Assembly: GCF_001194135.2 (NCBI RefSeq)
Contig: NC_068998.1
Coordinates: 48,505,296 to 48,569,295, forward strand
Direction: 5' to 3'
Source of the DNA: Octopus bimaculoides
Lineage: Eukaryota
Length of the DNA stretch: 64,000 nucleotides
The notes below the pieces were generated by a model. That model was not told the DNA's origin and did no database searches. It saw only the letters and a program-made list of their open reading frames with translations. The first letter of the stretch is position 1. Every line of letters starts with the position of its first letter. Below, in pieces: positions 49,726-62,695 of this stretch. The translations under genes and the position numbers were made by a program.

Positions 49726-50564
49726 CTATTTTCTCTATTTTTTTACAAACAAGTCAACATAGCCTATAGTGTAATCACAGCTTGTAGTGTAAACATGTGG
49801 TGTAAACATGTAGTGTAAACATGTAGTGTAAACATTCAAACATCATCAGTATCTTTTCAAGTTCTGCAGCATTTCACATGGAATTTTTGGTTTTCCAAAG
49901 TCGTCTTAGTGTCTAAGTCAACATACCTGTCTTTGCTGTAAATTTTGCTCTGAAAAATTTGACTCGTTTTCTGGAGAATACAGTAAGCTATGACTGACTG
50001 AACTTTTTGCCAAGGGCATTCCAGCCATGCCCATCCGTTTTTTGTTTTTTTTTCTATCTAAGACTACTTCTTCGACTTCTTTCACCTTTTCTTCATTTAC
50101 CGGTGAAACCACGTTTTCTAGCACAGAAATCGATGAACGACTTCTTTGAGGACAACTTCTTTGATTTCCTGTGCCTCTTTGTCGTTTATTTGTGATACGT
50201 TCTCATTACAGCTAGCCACTAGCACTAATTAGGTTACCTAGGTAACACAAACTATCACAATCTGTGAGTTACCTGAGCATTACCGAGTCTCAGGTCAGCT
50301 CTGCTCCAGCAGTACAATAACAGGTGTGTTGACAACGTGAAGGATAAGGTGTAAACCACATACCTGTTGTTTCACTTATACTATTGTTCCATGCTCTCAC
50401 ATGCATTGACCAATCACATGATGTTTACTGAGACAGTCTGAACATAATACAGTGTCATCATTCTCCAGTGTATTTTTATATCTACTATTTTTATACTTGT
50501 TTCAGTCATTGGACTGTGGCCACACTGGGGTACCATCAAATTGACACCAGTACATCATCCTCCT

Positions 50565-50905
50565 CATCGTCATCATCATCGTTTAACGTCCGCTTTCCAT
50601 GCTAGCATGGGTTGGACGATTTGACTGAGGACTGGTGGACCAGGAGGCGACACCAGGCTCCAATCTTATTTGGCAGAGTTTCTACAGCTGGATGCCCTTC
50701 CTAACACCAACCACTCAGAGAGTGTAGTGGGTACTTTTACGTGCCACTGGCACGAGGGCCAGTCAGGCGGATACTGGCAACAGTCACGCTCGAAATGGTG
50801 TATTTTACGTGCCACCTGCACAAGGGCCAGTCCAGGGGCACTGGCAATGATCTCACTCGAATGTCTTACTGGCAAAGGCCACGCTCGAAATGGTGTATTA
50901 CGTGT
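50565..50905 (-). mobile_element. Family D retroposon, young copy
   Basis: Near-identical to 21228 and 45296. Confidence 0.9.
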
Positions 50906-50914
50906 CATCTCTCA

Positions 50915-51060
50915 GTCTTTTTTATTGACCTCCAAAAGGATGAAAAGCAAAAAGGCAAAGTCAACCTCGGTGGAATTTGAACTCGGAATGGAAAGCTAGA
51001 AGAAATACCACTCAGCATCTTGTCCAGCAAGGTAAGTATTCCGTCAGCTTGCTGCCCTCA
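50915..51060 (-). mobile_element. SINE B
   Basis: aaaggcaaagtcaacctcggtggaatttgaactcgg...aaataccactcagcat. Confidence 0.8.
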
Positions 51061-51089
51061 GAACTTTTATAATAACAACGGCAACCACA

Positions 51090-51325
51090 TTAACCTGTTC
51101 ATTTCCACATTTCAGTTGAAGTACACAGCTTTCAATTCAATTCAATTAATTTTGAAAATAATAAAAAATTTATTGAAATAACTTTGTCAGTATTAAACTT
51201 GTGTTTGAAACATAAATTAATATGAAATTTTGATGGATGGTTTTAATTTAGATCACTTTAAAACGGGAAGCTTGCATCGAAGGGCCAAGGGCAGTTTCAG
51301 GCGGGTTGGTATCAAAAGAGGTTAA
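51090..51325. mobile_element. TTAA-flanked piggyBac-like MITE
   Basis: TTAA-CC...GG-TTAA termini; related ends at about 17170-17281 (right) and about 17920-18010 (left). Confidence 0.55.
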
Positions 51326-52034
51326 CGACGATCGTTTAACGATAATAACTAATTTCTTGTAATGGAGGCAGATGCAGCTGTGTGTTTTAGCAGTTTGGTG
51401 GTTGCAAAAGAATCTGCATTGATTTATTGAAAATGTTGAATGCAGTTCAAATGAGCTAAGCAGAAGAAAAAAAAAAAAGGAAAAAAAGTAGTTTTCTATT
51501 GAAATATTAGCTGATAAATTAATGCCGAAAGGTTATGTGATTTGACACAGTCTTTATCCATTTTCCACAGAATTTAGACATGTATGCAATACTATTGGAG
51601 ACAACAACCAGTTCTTTATTTAGATGTAATTAAGAATTTGTCTGCAAGACACTGAAAAGATGGGTAATAAATAAGAATTGAAAAAGAGTCAAATATATGT
51701 AGTACAAGTCTAGAATTTCTAACCAAATGCAATATTCTACAATGTTCTTAGGAAAAAAACATCCGCAAGAATATTGTCGTCAATGAAGATTATGAGAGTA
51801 GATATTCTAAAAATAGCCAAAATATACTGCAAAATATTGAAAGACTACCAGAAGCTAGCAAAAGTGTTATTAAATACTTCAATTAGTTGACTAAAATGTT
51901 AACATTGTTGTCTATGAAACAGTAACTAATATGGCATGGAAGATAGTATTTAGTACCACAGGGTTAAAATATATAGAGGTATTGCTTTGTTTTTTGTTTA
52001 TTTCTCTTGAGGTAAACACTTGTATGCTGAAGAT

Positions 52035-52650
52035 GCTGCTGTACTCCATCTCAAAAGTGTAGGGGTCGATGCTTCATCAGATGATGAAGCAGACCTACAG
52101 GTGTTTCAGACCCTTTGACCAGAGCTACTCGGGGCCACTCACCGATGTAGGCGACTAGACTCCCACACAACAGCACACGCTTTGTCGAGTCAGTTGTTGT
52201 GACTCTGAGCCAGATGTTGTGACTTTGGGCCAGATGTTGTGACTCTGGGCCAGATGTTGTGACTCTGGGCCAGATGTTGTGACTCTGGGCCAGATGTTGT
52301 GACTCTGGGCCAGATGTTGTGACTCTGGGCCAGATGTTGTGACTCTGGGCCAGATGTTGTGACTCTGGGCCAGATGTTGTGACTCTGGGCCAGATGTTGT
52401 GACACTGGGCCAGATGTGACTCTGGGCCAGATGTTGTGACTCTGGGCCAGATGTTTCCACCATCCTCGCTGCTTGATCTTGCTGCATCATTTGTTCTCTC
52501 TGGGATCAGATGCAATGTCTTGCTTTCTCAGAGGCTTTCAACAATTTTCTGGCAACATCATTTCTCTCCTTCATGTGATAAGGGCATCCATTAAGGGCCT
52601 CCTGTCACAGGAACCATGTGTAAACGCAGACATTGGAGCTCAAAGTAGTC
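52035..52650 (-). mobile_element. Probable Hero-clade (RLE) LINE 3' end with an expanded minisatellite
   Basis: Translation ALNGCPYHMKERNDVARKLLKASEKARHCI*SQREQ resembles the recalled Hero C-terminus (..ERxxxxRxxxEAAERASxWIWxRRE); the 3'UTR has a gaaacacc..catca.ctgatga motif. Confidence 0.55.
52196..52452. repeat. 20-bp minisatellite (gttgtgactctgggccagat) x13
   Basis: Twelve 20-bp units and one 17-bp unit, with only single substitutions. Confidence 0.97.
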
Positions 52651-52679
52651 CTTGGTTGACTTTGCCTTTCAGACATCTG

Positions 52680-52812
52680 ATCTCAGTGCAGTTTGATTTT
52701 GTACTTCATGCTTTCGGAATCGATAAAATAAGTACCAGCTGAGTACTGGGGTCAATGTAATTGACTTACCCCTTCCCCAGAAATTGTTGGCCTTGTGCCA
52801 AAATTTGAAACC
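52680..52812 (+). mobile_element. SINE B 3' part
   Basis: cgataaaataagtaccagctgagtactggggtcaatgtaattgac. Confidence 0.75.
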
Positions 52813-52830
52813 ATTATTATTATTATTATT

Positions 52831-53384
52831 GCGTGAGAGAGACTTGCATGCCATCAAAGTGACACAGAGGTACAAATATATGAAGCCCAATATATCCATC
52901 ATGATTACCCGTTTGATTGAGGGTACACCAGGCACATGCATCACAACCATATGTGCATGACATGGTGATCTCTTATCAAGATAAACAGTGTATGACCTTG
53001 CCGATGGAGCCCATTTAGAATTTTCTTCAGGTCAAGTAGTTCAACCCAATCAAAAGGTCCCTGAATAAGGGTTGTTTAAGGATGATGAATGAAATACCCA
53101 TGTTTCCAGAGGTGAATTATTCAAACCCCCAAGAATTCCTCTTGACACATGGCTATCATGGTCCCAAAATTTCTGCTCATGACCAGAGATGCACATATCG
53201 TCAGCCACCAAGGGACATGCTCAACTGGTTAAGGTCAAACAACTGACAAGCAAATCTGTGGTATTAAGCAGAATATTTGCTGTAGCCCATCTTTTATACC
53301 AAGACAAAACAAAGTACATGATAACACTTCCAATCAGTTAAGATCAGAAGCCATGAGAGCCACTGCCTGGTACTGCATCAGAAC

Positions 53385-53387
<3 letters not shown>
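52831..53387. mobile_element. About 560-bp probable interspersed repeat bracketed by (TTA)n tracts
   Basis: (TTA)n directly on both sides. Single copy in this window; recalled as an abundant octopus repeat but not verified. Confidence 0.45.
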
Positions 53388-53417
<30 letters not shown>

Positions 53418-53419
53418 AA

Positions 53420-53990
53420 TTCTGCCGGGGTCGACTTTGCCTTTCATCCTTTTGGGATCAATTAGCTAAGTACCAATTTACGTATTGGGGTCGATGTAAT
53501 CGACTTAATCCCTTCCCCCAAATTTGAGGCCTTGTGTTTCCAGCAGAAAGGATTATTATTATTAATATTATTATTATTATTTGGGCAGTGGATTGGCAGA
53601 ATTGTCAGAGCATTAAACAAAATACTCTGCAGGATTTGTTCTGAACTTTTTACATTCCACCAAGGTCAACATTGCCTTAAATTTTTCTTTGTGGTTGATA
53701 AAATAAAGAACAAGCGAAGTAGAGGGGGTGGGCAGGGGTCAACATTATGATAAAACACTCCCTCTAAGTATGTGGCTTTTTTCTTGCACCAAAAATTATT
53801 AGTAATAATAATTTGTTAGGCACAAGAGCGGAAACTGTGTGGTGGGAAGTTGTCAATTAAACCAACCCACTTTTTGACTTGTATTTCACTGACCTTGGAG
53901 AGACAAAAAGCAAAGTTGTCAATGGTGGGATTAGAACCCAAGTTGTAAATAACTGAAACAAATAGTGTAAGACGTTTTGTCTAATGCATT
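53420..53990. mobile_element. Cluster of three SINE B copies (plus, plus, minus)
   Basis: B core motifs at about 53430, 53660 and (reverse) 53900. Confidence 0.7.
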
Positions 53991-54188
53991 AATGTTCTAC
54001 ACTTCACCGTCATCATCATCATCATTGTCATTTAGTGTGCCTTTGTCCATGCTGGCATGGGTTGGACAGTTTGACAAGAACAGACAAACTAGCTCTGCTA
54101 GGTTCAATGTCTGTTTAAGCACAGTTCCTACAGCTGGATGCCCTTCCTAATGCTAACCACTTAATCACAATGCCATATGCCCGCGCTT

Positions 54189-54297
54189 TTAAGCACTACG
54201 CCATATGGCATAGTGGTCAAGAGCACAAGTTACTAACCCCAAGATTCAAAGTTCGATTCCAGGCAGTGACCTGAGTAATAATAACAACAACAATAAC

Positions 54298-54352
<55 letters not shown>

Positions 54353-54385
54353 TCGAAAAATACCTTAGGAATGAGACCAAGACTG
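54189..54385 (+). mobile_element. tRNA-derived SINE with an internal (AAT)n tract
   Basis: A-box tggcatagtgg, B-box gttcgattcc, followed by (AAT)n and catcgaaaaataccttaggaatgag. Confidence 0.65.
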
Positions 54386-55514
54386 ATATCTGACCCAAAG
54401 TCTGTTTTGCTTTTTACCGTACCAAAACCAATTAAATAATACTATATCATATGGAGCAGTGCTCCAGCATGGCCACAGTCAATGACTAACCAGTAAGAGA
54501 TAAAGACAGTGTGTGTGTGTGTGTATGTAAGCCAGTGAACTGGCTGACCATATAGTAGTAGTTGTAGTAGTAGTAATAGTAGTAGCTGTATCATCATATG
54601 ACTAGTTTAGTAGTTTATAGCTGATTGTGTAGTACTGTGTGAGAGAGAGAGAGAGAGAGTGTGTGAGAGTGGCTGAGGGTGGGGGGAGGAGACCAAGACA
54701 GATTCTGCACTGTTAGTGTTTATATGCAGGAGACTATAATACTGATGATGGTTAGTGAATATCAATATCTGAGAACTGGGACACACAGACATATTTAAGT
54801 GACAGACAGACAGACAGACATATATACTGTGTAAAAATAGGAAGAAAGATGAGTGTTCAATATTATAAATGGTGAGATCATTTACTGAAAGCTGTAAACT
54901 GTTACTCAGAGTTTTCCTCGTCACTCAGTTTTGGATTATTGTTTAATACAGAGCATAGAAGTTTATTAAAGAGGAAGTTGAAAGAGTTGATTAGCAACAG
55001 GAAGTGTTGGTCGGTTAATGAAAAATAAGAACGGGAATATTTGTTGGCTTACGATGGTAACTATTGTTTGTTGTTTGAAAAATACTAACAAAAAAACACA
55101 TTTGGTCAGTAATATAGTAAATATATTGCAGAAAAGATAGGTTGGACATAGCAATATAATATATAGGATAAAATGTGTTATAAAACGTGTGCGTGTGTGT
55201 GTGTGTGAAAAATAGTAAGAATACAGAGCAGAGACTGCAACTTGCAAAGGATAAAGAAGCTCCAATTTCCAGAGACTGTTATTGTCATATGACAGCGGCA
55301 GTTAAACATTTAGAGGTACAAGGTTATATGAAGTAGGGACTTCTTACAGTGTCTGCAGAAAGCATGCACCTCAGACTGCTTGTTCAGATGTTCATCATCT
55401 TGGAATAGGATTGCTGTTTCCTCATTTACAGAAACCTGGCAGTATAGATTCTAATGAAAATTACAATGTAAGGGTTACAAGCAACAAAGTTAAATGCTTG
55501 TCAAACAAGATCAT

Positions 55515-55802
55515 CATCATGAATATCATCATTTTAAGATCCCCTTTTCCACTTGCATGGGTCAGATGGAGTTTATTGAGGTAGATTTTCTATGACCAGA
55601 TGCCCTTCCTGTTGCCAACCTTCACCTGTTTCCTAGAAAAGTAGTGTCTCCTTGTGGCTAGATATGTTGTTGCAGAATACTAGAAATGGCTTACAAAGAA
55701 TAAGTCCTGGGGTCGATTTTCTCGACTAAAGGTGGTGCTCCAGCATGGCCACAGTCAAATGACTGAAACAAGTAAAAGAGTAAAAAGAGTAAAAGAGTAA
55801 GT
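55515..55802. mobile_element. A2 right arm (minus strand) joined to an A tail (plus strand, about 55688-55802)
   Basis: cagatgcccttcctgttgccaacc..cacctgtttcc, then gcttacaaagaataagtcctggggtcg...(aaaagagt)n. Confidence 0.75.
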
Positions 55803-56884
55803 CTGACCAAAAGAAACAATCACATCATCACAGCTAACACTGGAGATTAGCAGAGGCCTGCAGCTCACAAGGCATCCAAACTATGCTGGCATGGAAAATG
55901 GACATTGATGATGATGTTGATAACAATGATGATGATGACGTGATGATGATGACGGTGGTGATGGTGGTGGTGGTGATGTATCATGTCTTCTTTCAAGTTA
56001 GAATTTTCAGTTAGGCCAATATAAGATCTGTGAGCAAAATTGTTGCCAAGGTGAACTTGAGCAGAGCTGACTAAAGCTTTTGAAAAACACTGTTAAGGAA
56101 AAAATTATGATGCAGTTGGCAGTAAAAGAAGAGTTTATATTACTGGTGGACAGATTTTGGGCATTAAATTGGTAATAAAACTTATAAAGTTCTTAAACAA
56201 GACTAGCTCTCCTTAATCATGTTCTTATTAAAAAGCTTATAATGTAATTTATCAAGAAATGAAAAGAAATTAAAGAAGTCTCTAGCAATATAAGAACAGA
56301 CATTCAGACTAACTATGGATTATATGATACACCTTGATCAGCTTTTATGCTTGGCTGTAGTGCAGTTCATGTTGTATACTTTTATCTGTGAAATCATTAT
56401 TACTTAGTGCCTCGTTAAAATAATGATAAGACTGAATTTTTTTTTTTATTTGTACAGTGATTCAAAAAACACAGAGTGAAAAAAAACTTGGTCAAGGGTT
56501 TTGTATGGGACTTGTAAAGAGCATTAACAAAAACAAGTAACAGCAAAATTCCCTGATAAAAAGGAAGCTGCTTTTGGTTAATCAAGGGAACCCAACAAAA
56601 CCTTCATGACCCTAATAATCATCAAAGGCACATACTCACTCGAACCCTTTATTTCACAGCTTATAGTCATATGCTCAGAGTAAGGTCTATAACACATACT
56701 GTATTCCTAACTCTACTCCACTTTACAAAGAATTCGATAAGGGGTAACATCACTTTCTTTACTGTCACCTTCCTTTACTGCCACACAGTAGGACTGAACC
56801 CAGACCAATGTGGTGGGAAACAAACTTCTTACCATACAGCCATGCTTGCACCCATATTTCTATACAAATATATATATATATATA

Positions 56885-57140
56885 TTTTAACATCCATTTT
56901 CCATGCTGGCATGGGTTGGATGGTTTGACCAGACTTGGCAAGCCAGAGAACAACACCTGGCTCCACTGGCTGCTTTGGCCCGATTTCTATGACCGGATGC
57001 CCGTCCAAATGCCAACCACTTTATATGGTGTGCTGGCTGCATTATATGCAGCACCTGCATGGGTGCTTTACATGTGGCACCAGCATGGGTAATTTATACA
57101 TGCCACCAGTACAGGTGTTTTTTATGTGGCACCAGAACAG
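56885..57140 (-). mobile_element. Family D retroposon, diverged
   Basis: ttaacatccattttccatgctggcatgggttgga...ccggatgccc..aatgccaaccac. Confidence 0.8.
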
Positions 57141-57821
57141 ATCATGTGTATATGCATGTATATTTGTGTATGTGCATGTGTATATCACTATGTATGCATG
57201 TGTAAATGTATGTATTTATAATTGTGTATGCATGCGTATTTGTGTTAGCATGACTGTATCCATTTATATATGTGTGTGTAAATGAGCTTGTATATATGCA
57301 TGTGCAAGTGTATGTATACGTGAATATATGTATGTAAATGTATNNNNNNNNNNGTATGTATGTATGTATGTATGTATGTTGCATGTATGTATGTATGTAT
57401 GTATGTATGTATGTATACACGTATGTATGTATGTATGTATGTATGTATGTTTTTTCCTCCGGATTGGTGCTTTACCGATTATTTTAACCAATCATCTGTT
57501 TGGTAATGAAGATGTAAACAAAGTCTAGATTTTTTAAAAGCATCTCGTTCTTTTCATCATCCTCTCTATTACCATTCCTCCTTCCAATTTTAGGCTGTTG
57601 TACACTTTTATTACTGCAGATACCATTATCCTGCGTAGTATAGGAATTATGGAGAAGCATTCTTTCTCCAAGAATCCCAAGTTCAGCCATACTTCGATCT
57701 TGGTAGGTTAGTTACGCATGCATCCTTGTGTGTATGTGTGTATGTATGTATGTAGGTATGTATGCACGCATGCATGCGTTCATGGGATGTATGTATACAT
57801 ATCTATACATATGTATGTTTT

Positions 57822-57866
<45 letters not shown>

Positions 57867-59387
57867 GTACATAGACATGTGAATGTAGATATGTATATAT
57901 ACATGTACATGTAGATGCACATATACAAGTATGTATGTGTGCATATATATANNNNNNNNNNNNNNNNNNNNNNNNNNNNNNNNNNNNNNNNNNNNNNNNN
58001 NNNNNNNNNNNNNNNNNNNNNNNNNNNNNNNNNNNNNNNNNNNNNNNNNNNNNNNNNNNNNNNNNNNNNNNNNNNNNNNNNNNNNNNNNNNNNNNNNNNN
58101 NNNNNNNNNNNNNNNNNNNNNNNNNNNNNNNNNNNNNNNNNNNNNNNNNNNNNNNNNNNNNNNNNNNNNNNNNNNNNNNNNNNNNNNNNNNNNNNNNNNN
58201 NNNNNNNNNNNNNNNNNNNNNNNNNNNNNNNNNNNNNNNNNNNNNNNNNNNNNNNNNNNNNNNNNNNNNNNNNNNNNNNNNNNNNNNNNNNNNNNNNNNN
58301 NNNNNNNNNNNNNNNNNNNNNNNNNNNNNNNNNNNNNNNNNNNNNNNNNNNNNNNNNNNNNNNNNNNNNNNNNNNNNNNNNNNNNNNNNNNNNNNNNNNN
58401 NNNNNNNNNNNNNNNNNNNNNNNNNNNNNNNNNNNNNNNNNNNNNNNNNNNNNNNNNNNNNNNNNNNNNNNNNNNNNNNNNNNNNNNNNNNNNNNNNNNN
58501 NNNNNNNNNNNNNNNNNNNNNNNNNNNNNNNNNNNNNNNNNNNNNNNNNNNNNNNNNNNNNNNNNNNNNNNNNNNNNNNNNNNNNNNNNNNNNNNNNNNN
58601 NNNNNNNNNNNNNNNNNNNNNNNNNNNNNNNNNNNNNNNNNNNNNNNNNNNNNNNNNNNNNNNNNNNNNNNNNNNNNNNNNNNNNNNNNNNNNNNNNNNN
58701 NNNNNNNNNNNNNNNNNNNNNNNNNNNNNNNNNNNNNNNNNNNNNNNNNNNNNNNNNNNNNNNNNNNNNNNNNNNNNNNNNNNNNNNNNNNNNNNNNNNN
58801 NNNNNNNNNNNNNNNNNNNNNNNNNNNNNNNNNNNNNNNNNNNNNNNNNNNNNNNNNNNNNNNNNNNNNNNNNNNNNNNNNNNNNNNNNNNNNNNNNNNN
58901 NNNNNNNNNNNNNNNNNNNNNNNNNNNNNNNNNNNNNNNNNNNNNNNNGGGGGAGGGGCGGTGGTGATGATGTGGTGGCGGTGCAGGACATTTTAAAATC
59001 ACATTCAAGCTGGTAAACATATTATATGTGGTGGTGGTGGTGGTGGTGGTCGCCATGGTGGTGGCAGTGGTGAAACAGCAATGGTGATGTGAAAGAAAAA
59101 GAGGAGGAGTAGGAGGAGATGAGAGACTATAGTGGGAGGAGCAGACAGAAGTATTTTGTCAATGTTCTCAGTGTTCTTTTAATACACATGTACACATAGA
59201 TAAACACACATATATATGCATATATATGTGTGTATGCATACACATAAATACATACATATATATACATATATATATACACATACATATATATACATACATA
59301 TATATACACACACATACATACATATATATATATATATGAACACATATACACTCATGTGCACATGTGACGTCCTGTACCCATATATGC

Positions 59388-59423
<36 letters not shown>

Positions 59424-59504
59424 ATATGCATATACATATATATATATGCATATACATATATAAATATATATACACACATATATACACATATATATTCTTT
59501 TCTA

Positions 59505-59688
59505 TTCCAGGTACAAGGCCCGAAATTTTGGGGGAGGAGGCCAGTCGATTAGATCAACCCTGGTATGCAACTGGTACTTAATTTATCGACATCAAAAGGA
59601 TGACAGGCAAAGTCGACCTCAGTGGAATTTGAACTCAGAACGTAAACACAGACGAAATACCGCTAAGCATTTCACTTAGCGTGCTAAC
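59505..59688 (-). mobile_element. SINE B, near full-length
   Basis: ggcaaagtcgacctcagtggaatttgaactcagaacgtaaac..gaaataccgctaagcattt. Confidence 0.88.
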
Positions 59689-61262
59689 ACACACACACAT
59701 GTATATTATATACATTCATACATACATATATAGACACACAGATTTCCTTTCCAGAACACACTGAAAATGTGACTATATCCTAATTTCATTAATATTTTTC
59801 ATATCTGCATAGCAGACCCTTGGAACTATAAATCTCCAAACTCATACCACTATGTTTCTAGACCACCTCTGCCTCATTTTCAGGACACAGGGTGGTTTCT
59901 GGCTTCTGTACTGCCATTTTTATAGTCACTGGCTAATGTTTATACAGATTTTTCTACAACAGTTTTACAATGTGAATGTTAGAGCTTGTATATGTCTGCA
60001 ATATGCTGTTAATAAGGATGTTTTTGATCTTCTTGTGTTTGCATTGTATTACTAGCATCTGTTTATGGTTTGATGTATCATGTTTTCTTTTATTAGATTT
60101 TTGATTATGTGTTCATCTGTTCTGTACCTGGTATGCATTTGATAAACATAATACTCTGTGTGTTCCAAATGTACTTTACATAATTCTATCACCTAATATA
60201 TATATATATANNNNNNNNNNNNNNNNNNNNNNNNNNNNNNNNNNNNNNNNNNNNNNNNNNNNNNNNNNNNNNNNNNNNNNNNNNNNNNNNNNNNNNNNNN
60301 NNNNNNNNNNNNNNNNNNNNNNNNNNNNNNNNNNNNNNNNNNNNNNNNNNNNNNNNNNNNNNNNNNNNNNNNNNNNNNNNNNNNNNNNNNNNNNNNNNNN
60401 NNNNNNNNNNNNNNNNNNNNNNNNNNNNNNNNNNNNNNNNNNNNNNNNNNNNNNNNNNNNNNNNNNNNNNNNNNNNNNNNNNNNNNNNNNNNNNTATATA
60501 TATATATATATATTTATATATATAATATAAATAATATATAGTTATATGCATATATCCATACATATATATACATACGTACATCTATATGTATACCCATTCC
60601 AGTGCCACATGAAAGCACCTGTGCTGGTGCCATATCAACAATGCCAAAGTCCACTCCAAAGTGGTTGGCATTAGGAAGGGCCTCCAGCAGTGCAAACCAT
60701 GCCAAAGCAGACACTTTTCCATGCTTGCAAAGTTCAGAGTTTATTGAGGCAGATTTTCTATGGGAGGAATGCTTTTCCTATCACCAACCTTTACCCGTTT
60801 TTAAACAGGGTTATATTTCCCTTAAGGCCAGACATGTTTTTGCAGAGTATGACAAATGAATGGATACTATTTGTATGAGAGTGACAATCGTTTGACAACT
60901 TTCACATGACATCATGTCATGACAACACACACACACACATATATGCACCTGACTGTGTATGTGTGTGTATGCATGTATTTGTATGTATGTATGTATATAC
61001 ACATGTATAAATGTATGCATCTATGTACCCGTATGTGGATATCTGTATATGTGTAAGTATATTCCATTGAATTAGGGTTGACCATTAATGTCTGCAGTAG
61101 ACCACACCAACCACCACATCACACCGCCACCATCGCCATACTACCACACAAACACACACATACATGATGTGATGACAGTTGACGAGAAACGGGTGGGGTG
61201 GGGGGTGAGTTGTGAAAATGCAACAACAGAATGATCTGCATAAAGAGAGTGAATGTGTAAGC

Positions 61263-61263
61263 C

Positions 61264-61310
<47 letters not shown>
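61263..61310. repeat. (TAG)n microsatellite
   Basis: Visible directly. Confidence 0.95.
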
Positions 61311-62279
61311 ATTGTTGTTGTTGTTGTTTGACTTAGTTTTTTTTTTGTGGAATTTGTTATAATATTTGATTTCAGTTATTTTCATGAAGACGGTGGAAGC
61401 GTCAGTGTAGGGGGTGGGCGGAGAAGGAAAGACATGGAAGGTTGACGCACAGAAAAAAGAGGAACAGTTAGAGAGAGAGGGAAAGNNNNNNNNNNNNNNN
61501 NNNNNNNNNNNNNNNNNNNNNNNNNNNNNNNNNNNNNNNNNNNNNNNNNNNNNNNNNNNNNNNNNNNNNNNNNNNNNNNNNNNNNNNNNNNNNNNNNNNN
61601 NNNNNNNNNNNNNNNNNNNNNNNNNNNNNNNNNNNNNNNNNNNNNNNNNNNNNNNNNNNNNNNNNNNNNNNNNNNNNNNNNNNNNNNNNNNNNNNNNNNN
61701 NNNNNNNNNNNNNNNNNNNNNNNNNNNNNNNNNNNNNNNNNNNNNNNNNNNNNNNNNNNNNNNNNNNNNNNNNNNNNNNNNNNNNNNNNNNNNNNNNNNN
61801 NNNNNNNNNNNNNNNNNNNNNNNNNNNNNNNNNNNNNNNNNNNNNNNNNNNNNNNNNNNNNNNNNNNNNNNNNNNNNNNNNNNNNNNNNNNNNNNNNNNN
61901 NNNNNNNNNNNNNNNNNNNNNNNNNNNNNNNNNNNNNNNNNNNNNNNNNNNNNNNNNNNNNNNNNNNNNNNNNNNNNNNNNNNNNNNNNNNNNNNNNNNN
62001 NNNNNNNNNNNNNNNNNNNNNNNNNNNNNNNNNNNNNNNNNNNNNNNNNNNNNNNNNNNNNNNNNNNNNNNNNNNNNNNNNNNNNNNNNNNNNNNNNNNN
62101 NNNNNNNNNNNNNNNNNNNNNNNNNNNNNNNNNNNNNNNNNNNNNNNNNNNNNNNNNNNNNNNNNNNNNNNNNNNNNNNNNNNNNNNNNNNNNNNNNNNN
62201 NNNNNNNNNNNNNNNNNNNNNNNNNNNNNNNNNNNNNNNNNNNNNNNNNNNNNNNNNNNNNNNNNNNNNNNNNNNNNNN

Positions 62280-62332
<53 letters not shown>

Positions 62333-62334
<2 letters not shown>

Positions 62335-62695
62335 AGTGGCTGTGTGGTAAGAAGTTTGTTTCCCAACTACAAGGTTCTGGGTTCAGTCCCGCTGCATGGT
62401 ACATTAGGCCAGTGTCATCTCAGACCGACCAAAGCCTTGCGAGTGAATAAAGGTAGATGGAAACTGAAAGAAGCCTGTCTTATATTATGCACATATCTAT
62501 GTGTGTGTCTTCGTGTCTGTGTTTGTCCCGCACCATGGCTAGGCAACTATTGTTGGTTTGTTTATGTCTTCAAAACTTAGCAGCTCGGTAAAAGAGACCG
62601 ATAGAATAAGTACCAGATTTTAACTAAAATTCGTCAAGGTGGTGCCCCAGAATGGGAGGCATCCCAATGACTGAAACAAGTAAAAGATAAAAGAC
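62333..62695 (+). mobile_element. SINE family A, diverged
   Basis: gagtggctgtgtggtaag head through gactgaaacaagtaaaagataaaag tail. Confidence 0.85.

Noticed and set aside
49918-50200. E/K/V-rich minus-strand frames
   Set aside because: Needs a frameshift, has no start or credible splice context, and no family was recognised.
52040-52125. GAAAC...CTGATGA on the minus strand as a type II hammerhead
   Set aside because: Stems I and III cannot be formed, and the CTGATGA box is sequestered in a competing gcttcatc/gatgaagc hairpin.
52051-52515. 154-aa repeat-protein ORF (WPRVTTSGPESQHLAQSHNI)n
   Set aside because: It is a by-product of a 20-bp, non-triplet minisatellite that is open in several frames.
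55349-55436. 88-nt open AG/GT-bounded segment VSVNEETAILFQDDEHLNKQSEVHAFCRH
   Set aside because: Only superficial likeness to the INPP5A N-terminus, no TANVG motif, and it ends in the wrong phase.
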